Part shown: in pieces, positions 12,581 through 25,970 of the stretch
Numbering within the stretch: the first letter of the stretch is position 1
How the letters are laid out: each line of letters starts with the position of its first letter
Assembly (NCBI GenBank): GCA_028534125.1
Contig: CM052816.1
Span: forward strand, 65,970,001 to 66,034,000
Length of the DNA stretch: 64,000 nt
Origin: Lama glama
Taxonomy: Eukaryota
Direction of reading: 5' to 3'
Notes under the pieces: generated by a model
Databases searched by the model: none
What the model was told of the DNA's origin: nothing
What the model saw: only the letters and a program-made list of their open reading frames with translations
Program-made: the position numbers and the translations under genes

Positions 12581-13989
12581 TCAGATTCCACACCCTGTCT
12601 CACTCAGGTCACTGAAGTTCAATTTGGTTTTCTCCACATTCTCTCCTTTTCTTTTCTTCTCCACTGTGCTCACTATACTCTCCTCCTGTTTTCCATTCAT
12701 TATACCTTCTGCCTCTTCTTTTTCCACTTTGCTCTCTCACTTTTCCCGTTTCTCTGTGACCTCCTACTCCTTACCTAACATCTGTTTCCTTACCTTCTTT
12801 GTACTGTTTATTCCCAACTCCCTACTCCTGCATTGTTCTCCCCTCATGATGTCCCCTCTTCCTCACTGTGGTCTCTCCCAGGTCCGGACCCTGCCCCATC
12901 TGTCATTTTCTATCTCTGCTTTCCTGACGTCTCTCTCTAAGTTAGAAGTGGTGCCCAGGTTTAAGCACTAGATAAGGCAAGGATATGTTCGGGAGCCTGT
13001 GTACTCTGCTCCCATGCACAAGTACTGTCCGTGATTATAAAGTGATTGCAAGAAAGAATTTCATTCCTGCCAGATATCTCACAAATTAGGTTTTTTGTTG
13101 AACTCCAGATGGTCTCTAGTGACTAGAGAAAGATAATGCCTCTTGCTCTGATCACTACCAGGAAGTAAGCGCCAGGCAGTAGATAGAAACCAACCCCAGA
13201 ACTGTGAGATCCAAGACAAGTAGAATTCATATATATAATTTAATTTCAGTAAACAGTGAGGGGTACACCATGATGTAGTACTTTGAACAAAACTTATCCT
13301 ACTCAAGTGATCATATTTTCAACCAGCCAGTACAGGACAGAAGAGTTTCATTTCCTCAGATCAAAGCTATTTGGTAACTTCCTGGAAACACTGAGAGTTC
13401 CAAGAAAGGACTCCAGATTCCCAAGCTACTGGCAAAGAGCAGGCATCTTTTCTTCAGGCAGTAATTCGCGAAAGTCCCTCACTAGCATATGGTGACATGC
13501 CCATCAGACTGGCTTGGTTGTCAGGAATAACTGGATCAAAATAACTGTCATTCTTACATGGATGAGGGTGTTAAAGTTTTGAGGAATCATCACAATTCTG
13601 GAGACTTTCAACTTCATCTTTTCCTTGTAGAACATAGAGTGTCTTTCGTGAGACTCTACCATTTGTTTGTTTGTGTATCTGGTAGGTTTTCTTTTTCTGG
13701 ACTCATTTCTGCTCTTCATACTCTGCTTTTTCATTGACCCAGCTTGCACATGGTTTGCCAGCACTTCTCTGACCCTAATTTTGCTCCATCACCTATAGAT
13801 GCTTTTTTTTTTACGTCTCCTGACACCAACTACCTTGCAGTTTCTCATCTATAGTTACAAATAAATAGAACCTACAAATTTACAAATACAATTAGACTTT
13901 TTTCATTCTAGTTGTATATTATAGGCCATTGGTTACTGGTGAGCCTATGAATTGCCTGCCTTTGGGCTGGACCTCCAGACCTGGTCTAT

Positions 13990-14200
13990 TTAACAATTTG
14001 GACAGCCATCTGGTAACAAATAATTTCTTGATAGTCTCCCATGTGCCAGACCTAAGCAAGGCTCTTGGGATACAGTGATGACCTAAAGAGGCTTTATGTT
14101 TGACCTTAGTCCTTATCACTGGGGAGAAGAGAGGCCAATATTAATCAAATAATCACAATATTCAACATAAAATTCCAAACTAAAATATGTGAAGTGAAGG
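13990..14200 (-). mobile_element. L2 3' end fragment
   Basis: 'atgtgccagacctaagcaaggctcttgggatacagtgatg' matches the antisense L2 tail. Confidence 0.55.
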
Positions 14201-16019
14201 AGAAATTCTCTGAGAGTAGCAGACCAGAAGAAACCCAGTCTGCCCATGCTCCTGGAATCTCCTGTAAAAATAAATACTTACGTCTAGCAAACTGGGTGTT
14301 TTGAGGAGATTCCAGAGGCATGTCACCCAGTCAAGAAGAATGAGCAGGTTTATGCCAAAGGCTATTTCTTCTTGTTGTGCTCAGTTGGTGACGATTCTGT
14401 CTGTTGCAGAGCTTGAAAGGCAAGCACTGGCTTCTCACCCTGCTGCCGTACCACCTAGCAAAGATCTCCTTCTTTAAAAGGTGGGCACTGACTCCTCTTC
14501 CTCCACCAACACAACTGTAACTTCTTCCTTCCAGCTCAAAGGCTCTGAATTTGGACTTCCCACTTGGTAGGACTCTAGACTAATCCATTAAGCCTGCTAG
14601 ATTTCCAAAACATTCATTCAAATTTGAAATGCCTGGGGCCTCTTGTGCAGCCCTGGCAGCCTTAATTTCTGCCCTTGCGTTTTAAACTCTTCGAGTCAGG
14701 ATCTCACTTGAAGGTGTCCAAGTAGTTGCTTAGATGGCACAATAAAGATATCCAGGTTAAAAAATATTCTATACTCAAAATAAGTCTCTTGTTCCTTTGC
14801 AAGACGCGATAAGGGAGGGGGGTGGGCTTCCTTTTGGACAACTCTGCCAAGCCATTCTCAGTTGCAGTCATGTTGATCCCAAATCTGTTGACAAGAAAAT
14901 TTCAAGGAGATATTGACTAATCTATACAACCACAGAGAACCTCTAGGAACCTAACACAAAAATCTTAAGAACTGTTTTTTCAGACTCTGAAATTCTCCTA
15001 AATCCCCATCCCAGTATCACCCAAGTCTTTACAACCTCACTTTGTCCTGGAGTTGTAATTTGTGCCTGGATTCCTACTCCCTGGTTCCCTAGTAATCTTG
15101 ATAGTGTTGTTTGATGCTGCAGCCCAGATTCTCTGTGGTTTGGAAGTTAAATGGAAGACACTGATGTGGTGTGCTGCAATAACTCCTGGAGGAATGTTAG
15201 GACAAATTAAACTCCAAATAAGATAGCACCTGAGAGAAACTGGTCGCTTAGTGAAAGAGCTTAATACTACAGAAAGGAGGGCTTGACAATTCCTGTTGAT
15301 CCCTAAGTGACTGAGGACATACTTATTCTCTTGATTGATCAAACTGAATCTGGAGTTGGTTTTGGACTCAGATGCAGAGCATTTACTTAGATTCACTGAT
15401 CATTTGCATATCTAGTTCTTCTGTTTGCTTTTCTGCCTAGATAAACCTGAGAGTGTGTGTTAGTCTAAGAGAAAATGATACTCTTAAAGAGTACTCTTAA
15501 AAGGGGAGAGAGGTAATTCACACCTTTGCTCAAAGCACCAAATTCTATGAGCTGATGATGGCCAAGTTTAGGCAAGGACTACCATCACTACTGAAAAAGG
15601 TCTAGCATTTCTTACACATCATCCTGATGCCCAGCCCTATGCTGGGCAGAAGCATTACCGGATTCCATATTTGATGTGGGGCAGCTTTTCCCTTGAACAA
15701 TAGTTACATATCATTGGTGTATTTGAATCATGCACAGTTTTAGAGTAATGGAAATATTTTTCCTACTATTTAGAACAAAATCAACCTTAAAATAACATAT
15801 CTATATACATATACTATGTATATTATACATTTCTCTGTATTATAATATACATGCATGTGTGTATTTTGGTAAATGATTTTATTTCCAGTACATCTTTATA
15901 GGTCTGCTGAATAACCTATCATCTGTGGAGTTCCTTTTAAAAAGTCTTCATTGGTGGCGGATTTATTCCAGGGAGAACGGCTATATGTAAAATGCACTTA
16001 ATACACAATGAAAATAATG

Positions 16020-16180
16020 ACAAATAACTCATATTGAGAGCTTACTGTGCAGGTGCTGGGCTAGGCTGTCTACCTGTGTTATTCTTTCTCCCCCTTCATA
16101 CCATGGGAGGTTCCCATCTGTCCTTATTATCTTCATCCTATAGATGAGAACTCAGAAGCTTAGAGAGGAGGAATAACTTG
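16020..16180 (-). mobile_element. MIR SINE
   Basis: 'tattgagagcttactgtgcaggtgctgggctagg...atagatgagaactcagaagcttagagagg'. Confidence 0.7.
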
Positions 16181-16349
16181 AGGGGTTTATACTATATTTG
16201 AGGAATCATAGTTAAAAAAATCAAAACCAAGGAAGTCTCCTATAGTTTTTGTGTGCTTTTTTTATCCCTTCACTTTTCAAATGTAATTTTTCTCTACTAC
16301 CCTCAACTGAAATAGGGTTACACTGCCTGTACATTATAGGACCAGGACT

Positions 16350-17300
16350 CTAAAGTCACTGCCACCAAAATCCCAACAAAGTAAGTCAGCAATTTAGGAA
16401 AATACATACTATTTTCTAGTTGAGGAGACCTCCACTAGTGACATGACTAAATCACCAAGTAAAGAGTATTGGCTTGAGTACCAAAACATCCCTCTACTAA
16501 GAAAAACAGGAAATAACTCAGATATAAATGATGCAAATGGTTGCTGAGTTAGAAAAGACATTCTAAAATCCCCTCATGCCACTAAATTACACGTTGGTGG
16601 CCTAAGATAATTTAGTGTGGCTGATATTCGTAACTGGTTCTCTTATTTGAAAGATTACAGAGACTAGAGAATGGGAAGGCCAAGAAAAAGCTCTTCAAAT
16701 AATAGAATTTTATGGGAAAAACAATAACTTAAATCCCATATCTCACTGGACATTGTTGGAGAGAAATGTAGACATTTTGGCAAAAGAAACCAATGATAAG
16801 AAATACAGTTACTAAGTTAAAGCTCTTGTGTTTACTTTATCAATCTTTATAGGCACAATTAGAATCATGGAGACAAAAACAAGACTTTAAGAAATTCTAA
16901 ATGCCATTTATTTAGAGAATCACTTAAGGACTAGAGATTTAGACAGTGTCAAAACGTGTGATCTTCACATCACAAGTGCACAATATACACTCAAGATGAG
17001 ACTGTAGATCACTGACACTGTGTTCCAATGTAGCCTCTTCGGTCCTACCACTGCCTAATTCATCAAAAAATGTAGGCAGCTTTGACAAGCAATTAATTCT
17101 AGCAATTAATTCAAAACTGACTTTATTTTAGGAATAACTTGAAGGTTTAGACAATAAACTTTTAAAGTTAAAAAAGGTCTCCCCCAGTTCCACTGAAAAC
17201 TCTTGAGAAATATTTCTTTACTACCATCCAAATTTAATTTTGTCCTCTATTCTCAACTGTACCACAAGAATTTATCTTGTTTGTATTGTAAGGAATATGT
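16350..17300 (+). mobile_element. Putative ancient non-LTR retrotransposon remnant (L4/RTE-X-like) with decayed CCHC knuckle
   Basis: Decayed purine-rich coding-like stretch; 16974-17031 translates to KCTIYTQDETVDH/(4-nt shift)TVFQC, resembling C-x2-C-x7-H-x4-C. Confidence 0.35.
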
Positions 17301-18599
17301 AAAACAGAAGTTGCAAAGACATTCAATGCTTTAAGTTTTACATGGACCTGTTGACATCATGGCCAGAGATGTGAAAGCATTGTTCAAAGGGAGTATATAA
17401 TTCTAACTCGAATATATCCTGTTTGGCATTTCTGTTTATTTTATTAAGATACATTTTTTTACTTAGGAAATAAAGCTGTAGGCAGTTGTTTTCTGCCGTT
17501 TTTCTGTAGAGAGCCTTATCCAAGGACATTATCAGTTTAAGTCCTGCTGCTCTGCTTTCATCAAAATCTGAATAAGGAAAAACTCTCCAAACCCAGTTTG
17601 GAAATCAGAATATCAAAACTCAACAGTTTGTACTGGTCTGCATTATTTGACGTGGAAGAAAGGGAGTCAGATCACTTCCATTTCTTGATGAAACAACTAA
17701 CTTATTTACTTGCTTTAAAGAAATGATTCTCAAAAAAATAATAAAGAAAGAAATGACTCTCTTCAGTAGCTGTAAAAGTGTTATATTTCTATCCTACACT
17801 ATGTGGAGGAATTATCCCTTATGCCTAGAACTTTTTTTGTAACTGTGAATATTTTTAATGAATAGTGGATTCTCATGCTTTAAAATTCAAAATGCATTCT
17901 AGCAAGGATCAGATATTAACAGCACCTAGTGTATTACATAAACACATTTTATTCATATACAAGCAAAATACATATTTTCTAGCAACCTTTTCAAAACATA
18001 ATTGGAAAGTGTTTAAACTTATTACATTAATATTTTAAAAGATATCATTAGGGAAAGAAAAGCTTCCTACAGTTTTTTCAGTAACTCTTTTTTTTAAGTA
18101 AGAACAGGATTTTGTCTTTTAAATCTACTAAAATTGTCTGAGACACATACTTTAAGTTTTCCTTAAAATGTATTTGTAAATACATTTATATCTATTAGTA
18201 ACTGCGTAATTTTCCTAGACATGGAGTTGTGTGAATAAAATCAGCAGTTTTCAATTAGGGCTTGATAACATTAAATATAGGATATCTTTTACCCTTTGCA
18301 TCTCTGGCATAATGTTTTTCTTGTTTAATTCTATAGATCTCTTAGGAAGAGCTTGTACCTTGTAGATTCTCTGTGGGAGAAGGCAAAATTGCATTTGAAA
18401 TTCATTCATTGGGAATCTGATTTTCCAAAAATCATACAGAGAAGATGGATGTACACTTCTAGTAACCCAGGCTGGTCAATAAATCTCATAGGATTATTTT
18501 CTCATAATCTCTGTCCCTCAGATGTGAAAGGGACTCCCTCCTCTGCCCCCACCCACCTCTCTGTAAGGACAATTCCTGAGAAGCACTGAGATTCAGAAG

Positions 18600-18820
18600 C
18601 AGCATGAAAGAGTAGGAAGAGCATGAATTTTGGAGCCTGTCAAACCTGGGTTTAATTCTACCTCCCCAGTTTATTTATTTGATGAATTCAGGAAAATCAC
18701 TGCACATCCATGAGCCAAATTTCTATCATCTGTCACACAGAATGGTGATTATACTGTGTGTCATTACAAAGATTAAATGAGACTGTATAGAGTGCCTAAC
18801 ACAAAATGCATTCAATAAAT
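18600..18820 (+). mobile_element. MIR SINE
   Basis: 'gagcatgaattttggagcctgtcaaacctgggtttaattct...aagattaaatgaga...gtgcctaacaca...caataaat'. Confidence 0.75.
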
Positions 18821-20269
18821 ACAACTTTGCACGTGAAAAGTGGTCAATCCATTAAATCCACCCTTTATTTTCTTTAAGATAGAAAAATGTATTTTTCTGC
18901 ATTACCCAACTTATTATCTTGAAAGGTCTATATATTCTATAATTAAAAAAACAACTTATTATTTAAACATCTCTTTAAAAGAACAAGGATATCTATAAAA
19001 TAACAACAAAAATTAACTTCTGGATAAGAATTTTTAATTGTTAAATGGGGAGGGTCGCTAGATGGGCGGGTTAGGGGGGCATCAGAAAACCTGTGTTAAA
19101 CATAAAAACTATTTAAGTCATAGCCCCAGGTTAGTCAGTCTAACTAGGCTGATCATTTGTTTTGATGTGATTTATATGTCACCTTTTAAGCATTTATATG
19201 AAATCTGCATTTTTCTTGCCTGTCTACTTGATTGCAAGCTGTTGCAGGATAACTTTGTTGAAGCCAGACTGTCAAAGTCCACATCACGGAGACAGAAACT
19301 TTATATACTGTCAATGCTCAGAAATGCTTGCTTAAGACACACAAAGCCCTGTTATATGCAGCCAATTAATTATGAAGTTTAACAGCTGAAATATCATGAA
19401 GATTAACATTCAAAACCCTACTGATCTTTTTTTCTCATTGAAAAATATACTGAATAGTGTTCATTGGGGTTATTTTGTCTTGTTTTGTTTTGTTTTTGGT
19501 CTCATCTTGTCGTCTCTGAATGTACCATTTACAGCCTTCTAGCTCATCTGGAAAAGCCACTTGGTGTGAAATAACAGGCTGTTAGGTCTGGAAAGGATCT
19601 CACTGATCATCAGTGCAAGGTCCAGTTTAGAGACAAGGCAAGTGACTCACCTCAGGACTCAGTGGTCAGAGCTGGTCAGTGGCCAGAACTCACGTCTCCT
19701 GGCCCACCAAACACTTGGGTTTCCACACAATTAGCCACCTTGGTGAAGAATAAGAGAAGAGAATTCTTTTCTCTTTACCAATAGAAAATTAGACTAGTAA
19801 AGTCATTCAAAAAGTTTCCTCTTTATAAACCATAGATAAATTCCCCATGAATTTTTTTTGAACTTGTGATCTTTAAAACCTTGGTGAACACCTATAATTG
19901 GATTAAAGTGAAAGCATGTGGTCATGAAGGAGTTGAAGTACTTTTGCCTAATTCTGCTTTGCTAGCCAGCTTCAGGGATGGAAGTACATGTGGTGACAAG
20001 CAGTGAACCACCATCAACGCTGTGGAATCCTTGAGGCTCAGTCATGTTCAGAGCCTGCCAATTCATGATTGATACTAAGATCTAATCAAATAGTTTTTAC
20101 AAAATGTCATTTGAGCAAGACAATTGTAGACACTCTAGAAGCACATGAATTAAATTATTGCATGTATGCTCATTTGTATAATTAGGTGGAATATTGGAGT
20201 GTCCTTTGTCACTTTCCAATATGAGTAGTATAAGAGATTATAAGCTTTTGTAATGTTCTATTAATTATA

Positions 20270-20490
20270 TTTATTAAGTACTACTGTGTTCCATGTATAT
20301 ATTATGTTCCATAATATGTTCCATGTACACATTATCATTTAATCTTCACAACTACACTTAGAGATAGTGTTATCCCCATTGTTCGTAGGAGGATGTGTAG
20401 TTTAATTAACTTTCTCAAGGATATGTCCAGTAAACGGTGGAGGGGGAGTCCAGACTGGGTCTGCCAGACTCAGTAACCTCTGACTCCCTG
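20270..20490 (-). mobile_element. MIR SINE
   Basis: 'attatcatttaatcttcacaac...gttatccccatt' and downstream MIR head remnants. Confidence 0.7.
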
Positions 20491-20742
20491 TGCTAAATCA
20501 ATTTCTCTGCCCATGCTGTAAATCTACTTGATCCTTTAGTTGATTTATTGATGGAGACATTTTAATTCAGTTTTCTTCAGAATGGTACTCTTACTGTAAA
20601 AGCAAATCAAATTGATTGGAGTTTGAATCTGAATGAAGGCTTGGAAATAACAGGGCATTTGAGAGTTCTAGGCAGGATGGGGGAGGGAGGAAAAGAGGGA
20701 GGGAGGAAAGGGAAAGAAAGGATGGGATGAGGGGAAAGAAAG

Positions 20743-21267
20743 TGATACAGGAAAATGAGGCATGAGAGGATAGCCAAGTTCAAGTCCCTGGGACGTGCCC
20801 TGCCAGGTCATGGTCCTTGGCTTAGTGCAGGAAAGAATTCAAGAGCTAGCCATAGTTGAGTAAAAGTAGATTTGTTTGGAGAGATGTACACTCCATAGAC
20901 AGAGGCTGTCTCAGAAGGCAAGAGGGAGAGAGACAGAGAGGCGCGGTGTTGCTAGCTTTTATATGCTAAGAAGTGAGAAGATTATTCCAACTATTTTGGG
21001 GAAAGGGCAGGGAGTCCCAGCAATCTGGCCACTAGCACTCTTTGACCTTCTATGCTTGGCTTAGGAACTGTCCTGGCGCTAGTGCGTGTGTCATTCACCA
21101 CGCTAGTACATTACAATGTGTACAATGAAGCTCAAGGTCCACAGGAGGTCAAGTCTCACCATCTTGGGCCCCCGAGTCTATTGGGAGTTGACTTTTCCGC
21201 CATCCTGGTGCTAATCGCTGCATCATTCCTTTAATGCCTGTGTCCTGCCCTCTTCCTTCCTGTCTCA
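20743..21267 (-). mobile_element. ERV1 solo LTR, MER41-like, 525 bp
   Basis: TG...CA termini with inverted ends TGATACAGGAA / TTCCTGTCTCA; 4-bp TSD AAAG (20739-20742 and 21268-21271); internal 'aactgtcctggcgctagtg...gctagtacattacaat' resembles MER41. Confidence 0.8.
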
Positions 21268-23847
21268 AAAGGAAAGGAAAAGTTTCTTTAATGAATATAA
21301 ATTTTAGAACACATTTCCCAATGCTACATTCTATTCCCATGTAACCCCCAAATAATACATTACTTCCAAATCATTCTTTATAACCATAATGAAATCCCAT
21401 TTTAGTGGGAAAAGTTTCTTCCAGATTCCCCAAGCAAATACCTTCAGGAAAGACTTTTGAAGATCAAGAAACTGACTTTAAACAGTCTTATTCTATGGAA
21501 GATCTTTTAATTGTGATGATCTCTGCAAAAGAGATTTTTGTCTTCCTAATGGGTGAAGCGTAATTTTGAAAGATACTCAGTGAAGTGAAAATATGAAATA
21601 TACAAATGTTAATTGAAAACATTTTCTCAGGTCCCCACCCAACTTGAGAGCCACTACTTTGTGTGGTTTCCGCCCTTGGTGTGCTTCTAGAACGGGCCCA
21701 CCTTTAGGCAAATCTTAGCAAGAAGTCAAGTCCCTTAGTCGCTAATTGCCTGAGATCTCGTTTTCCAGAGTAAAACTGTGAAAGGGACTTTAAGTCTGAA
21801 GAAGATAACCTGAAGTTTGCTTTAAGATGGAAATAATACAGAATGTCTGTGACTGTTGGAAGCTTTTGTGACCTAATTTACAATTAGCATTGAAAAAGGA
21901 GGGAAAGTGAAGTTGGAGAGCATGGAGATTTGGGAGAAAGGAAACTACATTTGGAGCCTCCTTATAGGTAGGAAAAGATGAAATGCATCTCAGGAATAAA
22001 ATAGTAAACAAAAGAAGAGAGAAAACAATTGTAAAAATTTCTAAGAGGACTAGTGGAAAACTCACTTACCTTCCTTACATATCAGGAATTCTATCACCTT
22101 GGAATTTCATCATTGTCATTTTTGCTACCTCTTATCTGCTTCCCTGCAGTTATTGTCAATCTGATATCCAGTCAGTCAGTCACATGAGTTTCAAGGCTCG
22201 TGCAGAAACAACAGGGTGGGTCCAGTTTGGGAAATTGTGTCCCTGTAGGCATCTCACAAAAAAGTCAGGGTTGGTCTTAAGACACACAAGCTAATCATAT
22301 CCCATGGGTCAGTGGAAGAAAACAAGGAGATAATTAGAAGCTTATCTGAGGTCAGAAGAGAGCCCTTGAAGGTATAACTACAAGCAATCCAGACCCTATA
22401 ACAGTTAGGCTCCAAAACTCCAAGTTAGATCCTGGGGAAAAATCCAAGATGAGTGGGACAGAGTTCAGGCCTTCTGTAACATGCAGCGTGCCCACCGATG
22501 TCAGGACAACTCTTCCATATCCCCAATATATCAGCGAGGTCCAGCATGTGAAATAAAAATTTCACTTAGCAGGAGATGTCTGTCTTCAAATCAGTGTTAC
22601 TCAGAAAGAAGCCCAGTATGTAACTCTGTGTAGCACAGCAGACCTGCTTGAGATGAAGTGTGGTGGGGGGCCAGGAGCCCCACCTGGGAGCCTCTTTACC
22701 ACATTTACTTTCCAGGACAGGGTCCCCATAAACTACTTCAGAACCAGCAAAACACCAAAACAAGTCCCAAAATTGTCCACAACCTTGATTTTTTTCATGA
22801 CAGACTAAGGCTTTGTGACCTTAGAAAAATTATTTTCCCTCTCTGGGCCTCATCGATGAAATACAGGCGTAGCATAATCTACTTGTTAAAGACAGTTTCC
22901 ACTGTGAACCTCCTGAAAACGGCTATCACAATATATTTGGGCAAACAGGTTAGCTATAGAAAAGGAACTGAAAGATTATTTTGACTGTAGTATAATTTAC
23001 TTTGGGGTATGTTTTTATTTTGTAAGTGAAGAGAAATGACTGTTGAATTGTGAATTTTCAAGTAACAGCATTTGTAGGAAAGATGTTTTATTAGGGGTTT
23101 AAAAATCACCAAATAAGTTGCCATTTAATTTACCAGTTATATTCCATTATCTTCCCATCTGTGGATCCTGAAACCTCTGGAACTTTCCTTCTGCCACATT
23201 AGTAAAACATCTACTTATAGTGTGTGTAAATCATTTATACTTTATAAATAGAAGATTCTTTCTAATTTTACAAGTAGAACATGTATGCCTGGGTATCATT
23301 TTTACATTTCAAAGGAACAAAGTTCTCCTTCAAAGGAACACTCTGATGACTCTTAAATCTAGCCAGACCTTTGCAGTCTTCAAAGAATGACTATCTCCTT
23401 GACCCTGAGACGTAAATCCAGTAAAGATTTTAACTTTTTATGACAGAGCACATCAAGGAATATTACTGCTTCTTCAGTTCCTGTAACCATGTCTTGATGA
23501 TAAGAATAGTTGCTTGCCATCTCAAAATCTTGACCCTCTGCTGCAAACACTGTTACCTACTCTAGAATACAGATGTCTGGGTATGTATTTATATGTACAC
23601 GGCAGAATACATATTTCTGAAAAAAAATCAAGCAGCAACATTTTCACAGAAAATTTGTGAAATTTTTTCTAACTCTCTCAAAAGCGTTTTCTAGCTTTCT
23701 GTACTAAGCTTCTGATAAAGCCGTCTTTACTTTAAAATCTTCAACATTTTGATTTTGGCTTTCCTGTTTCATTTGTGCAAAATGAATTTATATATAAAAA
23801 ATTGTATTTCCAACTCAAAGAGGCATTACCATGACCCTTAAATTTTC

Positions 23848-24304
23848 TTTAAAAAAACTTTTTTAAATTGACATATAGTTAATTTACGATGTTATGTTAA
23901 TTTCTGGTGTACAGCGTAGTGATACATTTATACATATATATTCATTTTCTTATTATTTTTCATTATAGGCCATTACAAGATATTGAATATAGTTCCCTGT
24001 GCTATACACTAGGACCTTGTTTTTTATCTATTTTATATATAGTAGTCAGTATCTGCAAAGCCTGAACTCGCAATTTATCCGTCTCCACCCGTTTCCCCTC
24101 TGGTAACCATAAATTTGTCTTCTATGTCTGTGAGTCTATATCTGTTTTGCAAATAAGTTCAATTGTGTTTTTTTTAAAATTATTTCACACATATAGTATT
24201 TTTCTTTCTCTTTCTGGATTACTTCACTTAGTATGACAATCTCCAGGTCCCTCCATGTTGCTGCAAATGGCATTATTTTATTTTTTATGGCTGAGTAGTA
24301 TTCC

Positions 24305-24340
<36 letters not shown>

Positions 24341-24502
24341 AACCACAACTTCTTTATCCAGTCATCTGTCAATGGACATTTAGGTTGCTTCTATGTCTTG
24401 GCTTTTGTATATAGCGCTGCTATGGACATTGGAGTGCATGCATCTTTTCAAATTAAAGTTCCCTCCCAATATATGCCCAGGAGTGGGATTGCTGGATCAT
24501 CA
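23848..24502 (-). mobile_element. 5'-truncated L1 (ORF2 C-terminus and 3' UTR)
   Basis: ORF 24136..24372 contains the L1 ORF2 motif EYYSAIKNKIMPFAATWRDLEIVILSEV; T-rich tail at left; TSD atgacccttaaattttc (23831-23847) / atgaccatcaaatcttc (24503-24519), 14/17. Confidence 0.92.
24307..24337. repeat. (TG)n microsatellite inside L1
   Basis: About 15 TG units. Confidence 0.95.
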
Positions 24503-25149
24503 ATGACCATCAAATCTTCAATTCAAGTGGCAAATTAACTCCACCAGCCCTGAGTGTATGTCCCAATCCACTTCCCTCTCCCATTCCTGAATTCTTTAAC
24601 TAGACCCAATTTGTAGGACATGACTTGGCTGAAACTTAAAGCTACACTGAGACTTAGAGCTAAGAAAGCTCTTAGGCAGCCATCACCTCAAACTTCTGAA
24701 GCAATGGGATCACTTAACAGGAGTATAACCCTTGGCAATAATTACTCAAGTGCAAGTTGCAAGGCTTCATCTTCCCAGCGTCCGCAGCTATTTCCCTTAA
24801 GAACAATGTCTTCCCCCGGCCTGGTCATTCAGAGCGAACTGCATCTGCCTACATTTTAGTTGTATGTCTCACTTTTGGAAATTTGTTATTAGTCTGACCT
24901 CGTGCTCTTCCCCCAAATCCCCTCCCCACTCGGATGTATAGATCAGGATTTTCAGCATCCAGCATCATCAGTTTTGTAAGTTACATTGCACACTTGTATG
25001 TTTCTACACATAAGTGCAAGTATGAAAAAATCAAAGCCTAAGAAAACCTTAGCTTTTCTGTATGAGTGACTCAAGGCTGACCTTTGCTGCAAAAAAGAAA
25101 AATAAAGAAAAACATATTTCTCCATCCTGCTGGGAAAGCTCCCTACCTG

Positions 25150-25970
25150 TCCTCGCTGGCTCCAGTTCCTCCTTCTGCATGTAACTGTCAGAGTAATTTT
25201 TGTCTAAAATGCAGCACTGCTCATATCTATCTCCTGCTGATCTCCATCAGAATCCCAGTGCCTTCAGGGGAAAGTTTAGACCTCTACCTCTCAGCATCCT
25301 GTGGTCAAATGACCAGGGGCTTTGGTATTAGATTTATCTGACCTCAAATTATGAGTTAGCCCGGGTGTAACCTTTCACATCGTCTGTTTCCTCATCAGCA
25401 TGATGGAGTAACGGAGATTGTCAGGAGGTCATTGGAAAAATCGTATGCGTTACCAAATATAAAAAGTCTGGTATAAAATAGATGCTCAGTTAGGATGAGT
25501 GCAATTTCTTCCACCTTCCCCTCACTGTCTGCTCACTTACCTTTCCAAACTCCTTCCTCCTGCACGGGTGTCTCTCCATCCTGTGCTCTCCTGGACTCCA
25601 GCCCACAGTTTGTGGTTTCTTGATCAAGCTCTATGCTCCCACAGCTCTGTAGCTTTTGCATATACTGTTTCCAACACCCCTGGAAGTCTTCTCCACCCCC
25701 CTCTCTTACAGAAACTGAAGGGTTCCTGCGTGCTCCGTAAGATCGCAATTCCTGAATTCCTCCTATGTTTAAGTTTCCTTCTCTATACTTCCATAAAATC
25801 ATTCACACACCTCTTTCATCTTAAAATGTCTTGTTATTAGTTGTTTTATCTATCATCTCTAATGTACCATTACCTCCTGAGACTGAAATCTGTGTCTTAC
25901 TCATCTAAGAAACTCCAGCTCTGCACCCCCAGCTCATTTCCTTGCAAATACTGGTTCCATGATTGAATGA
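25150..25970 (+). mobile_element. L2 fragments with a nested MIR (about 25310-25490)
   Basis: L2 tail 'cctcctgagactgaaatctgtgtcttactcatct...gattgaatgaa'; MIR core 'tctgtttcctcatc'. Confidence 0.6.

Noticed and set aside
14410..14480. Possible 71-nt + strand exon (TTGCAG| ... AAG|GTGGGC; SLKGKHWLLTLLPYHLAKISFFK)
   Set aside because: Weak donor, unrecognised peptide and no partner exons; expected by chance
16578..16621. Hairpin CACTAAATTA...TAATTTAGTG
   Set aside because: Only about a 10-bp AT-rich stem; too short for a pre-miRNA
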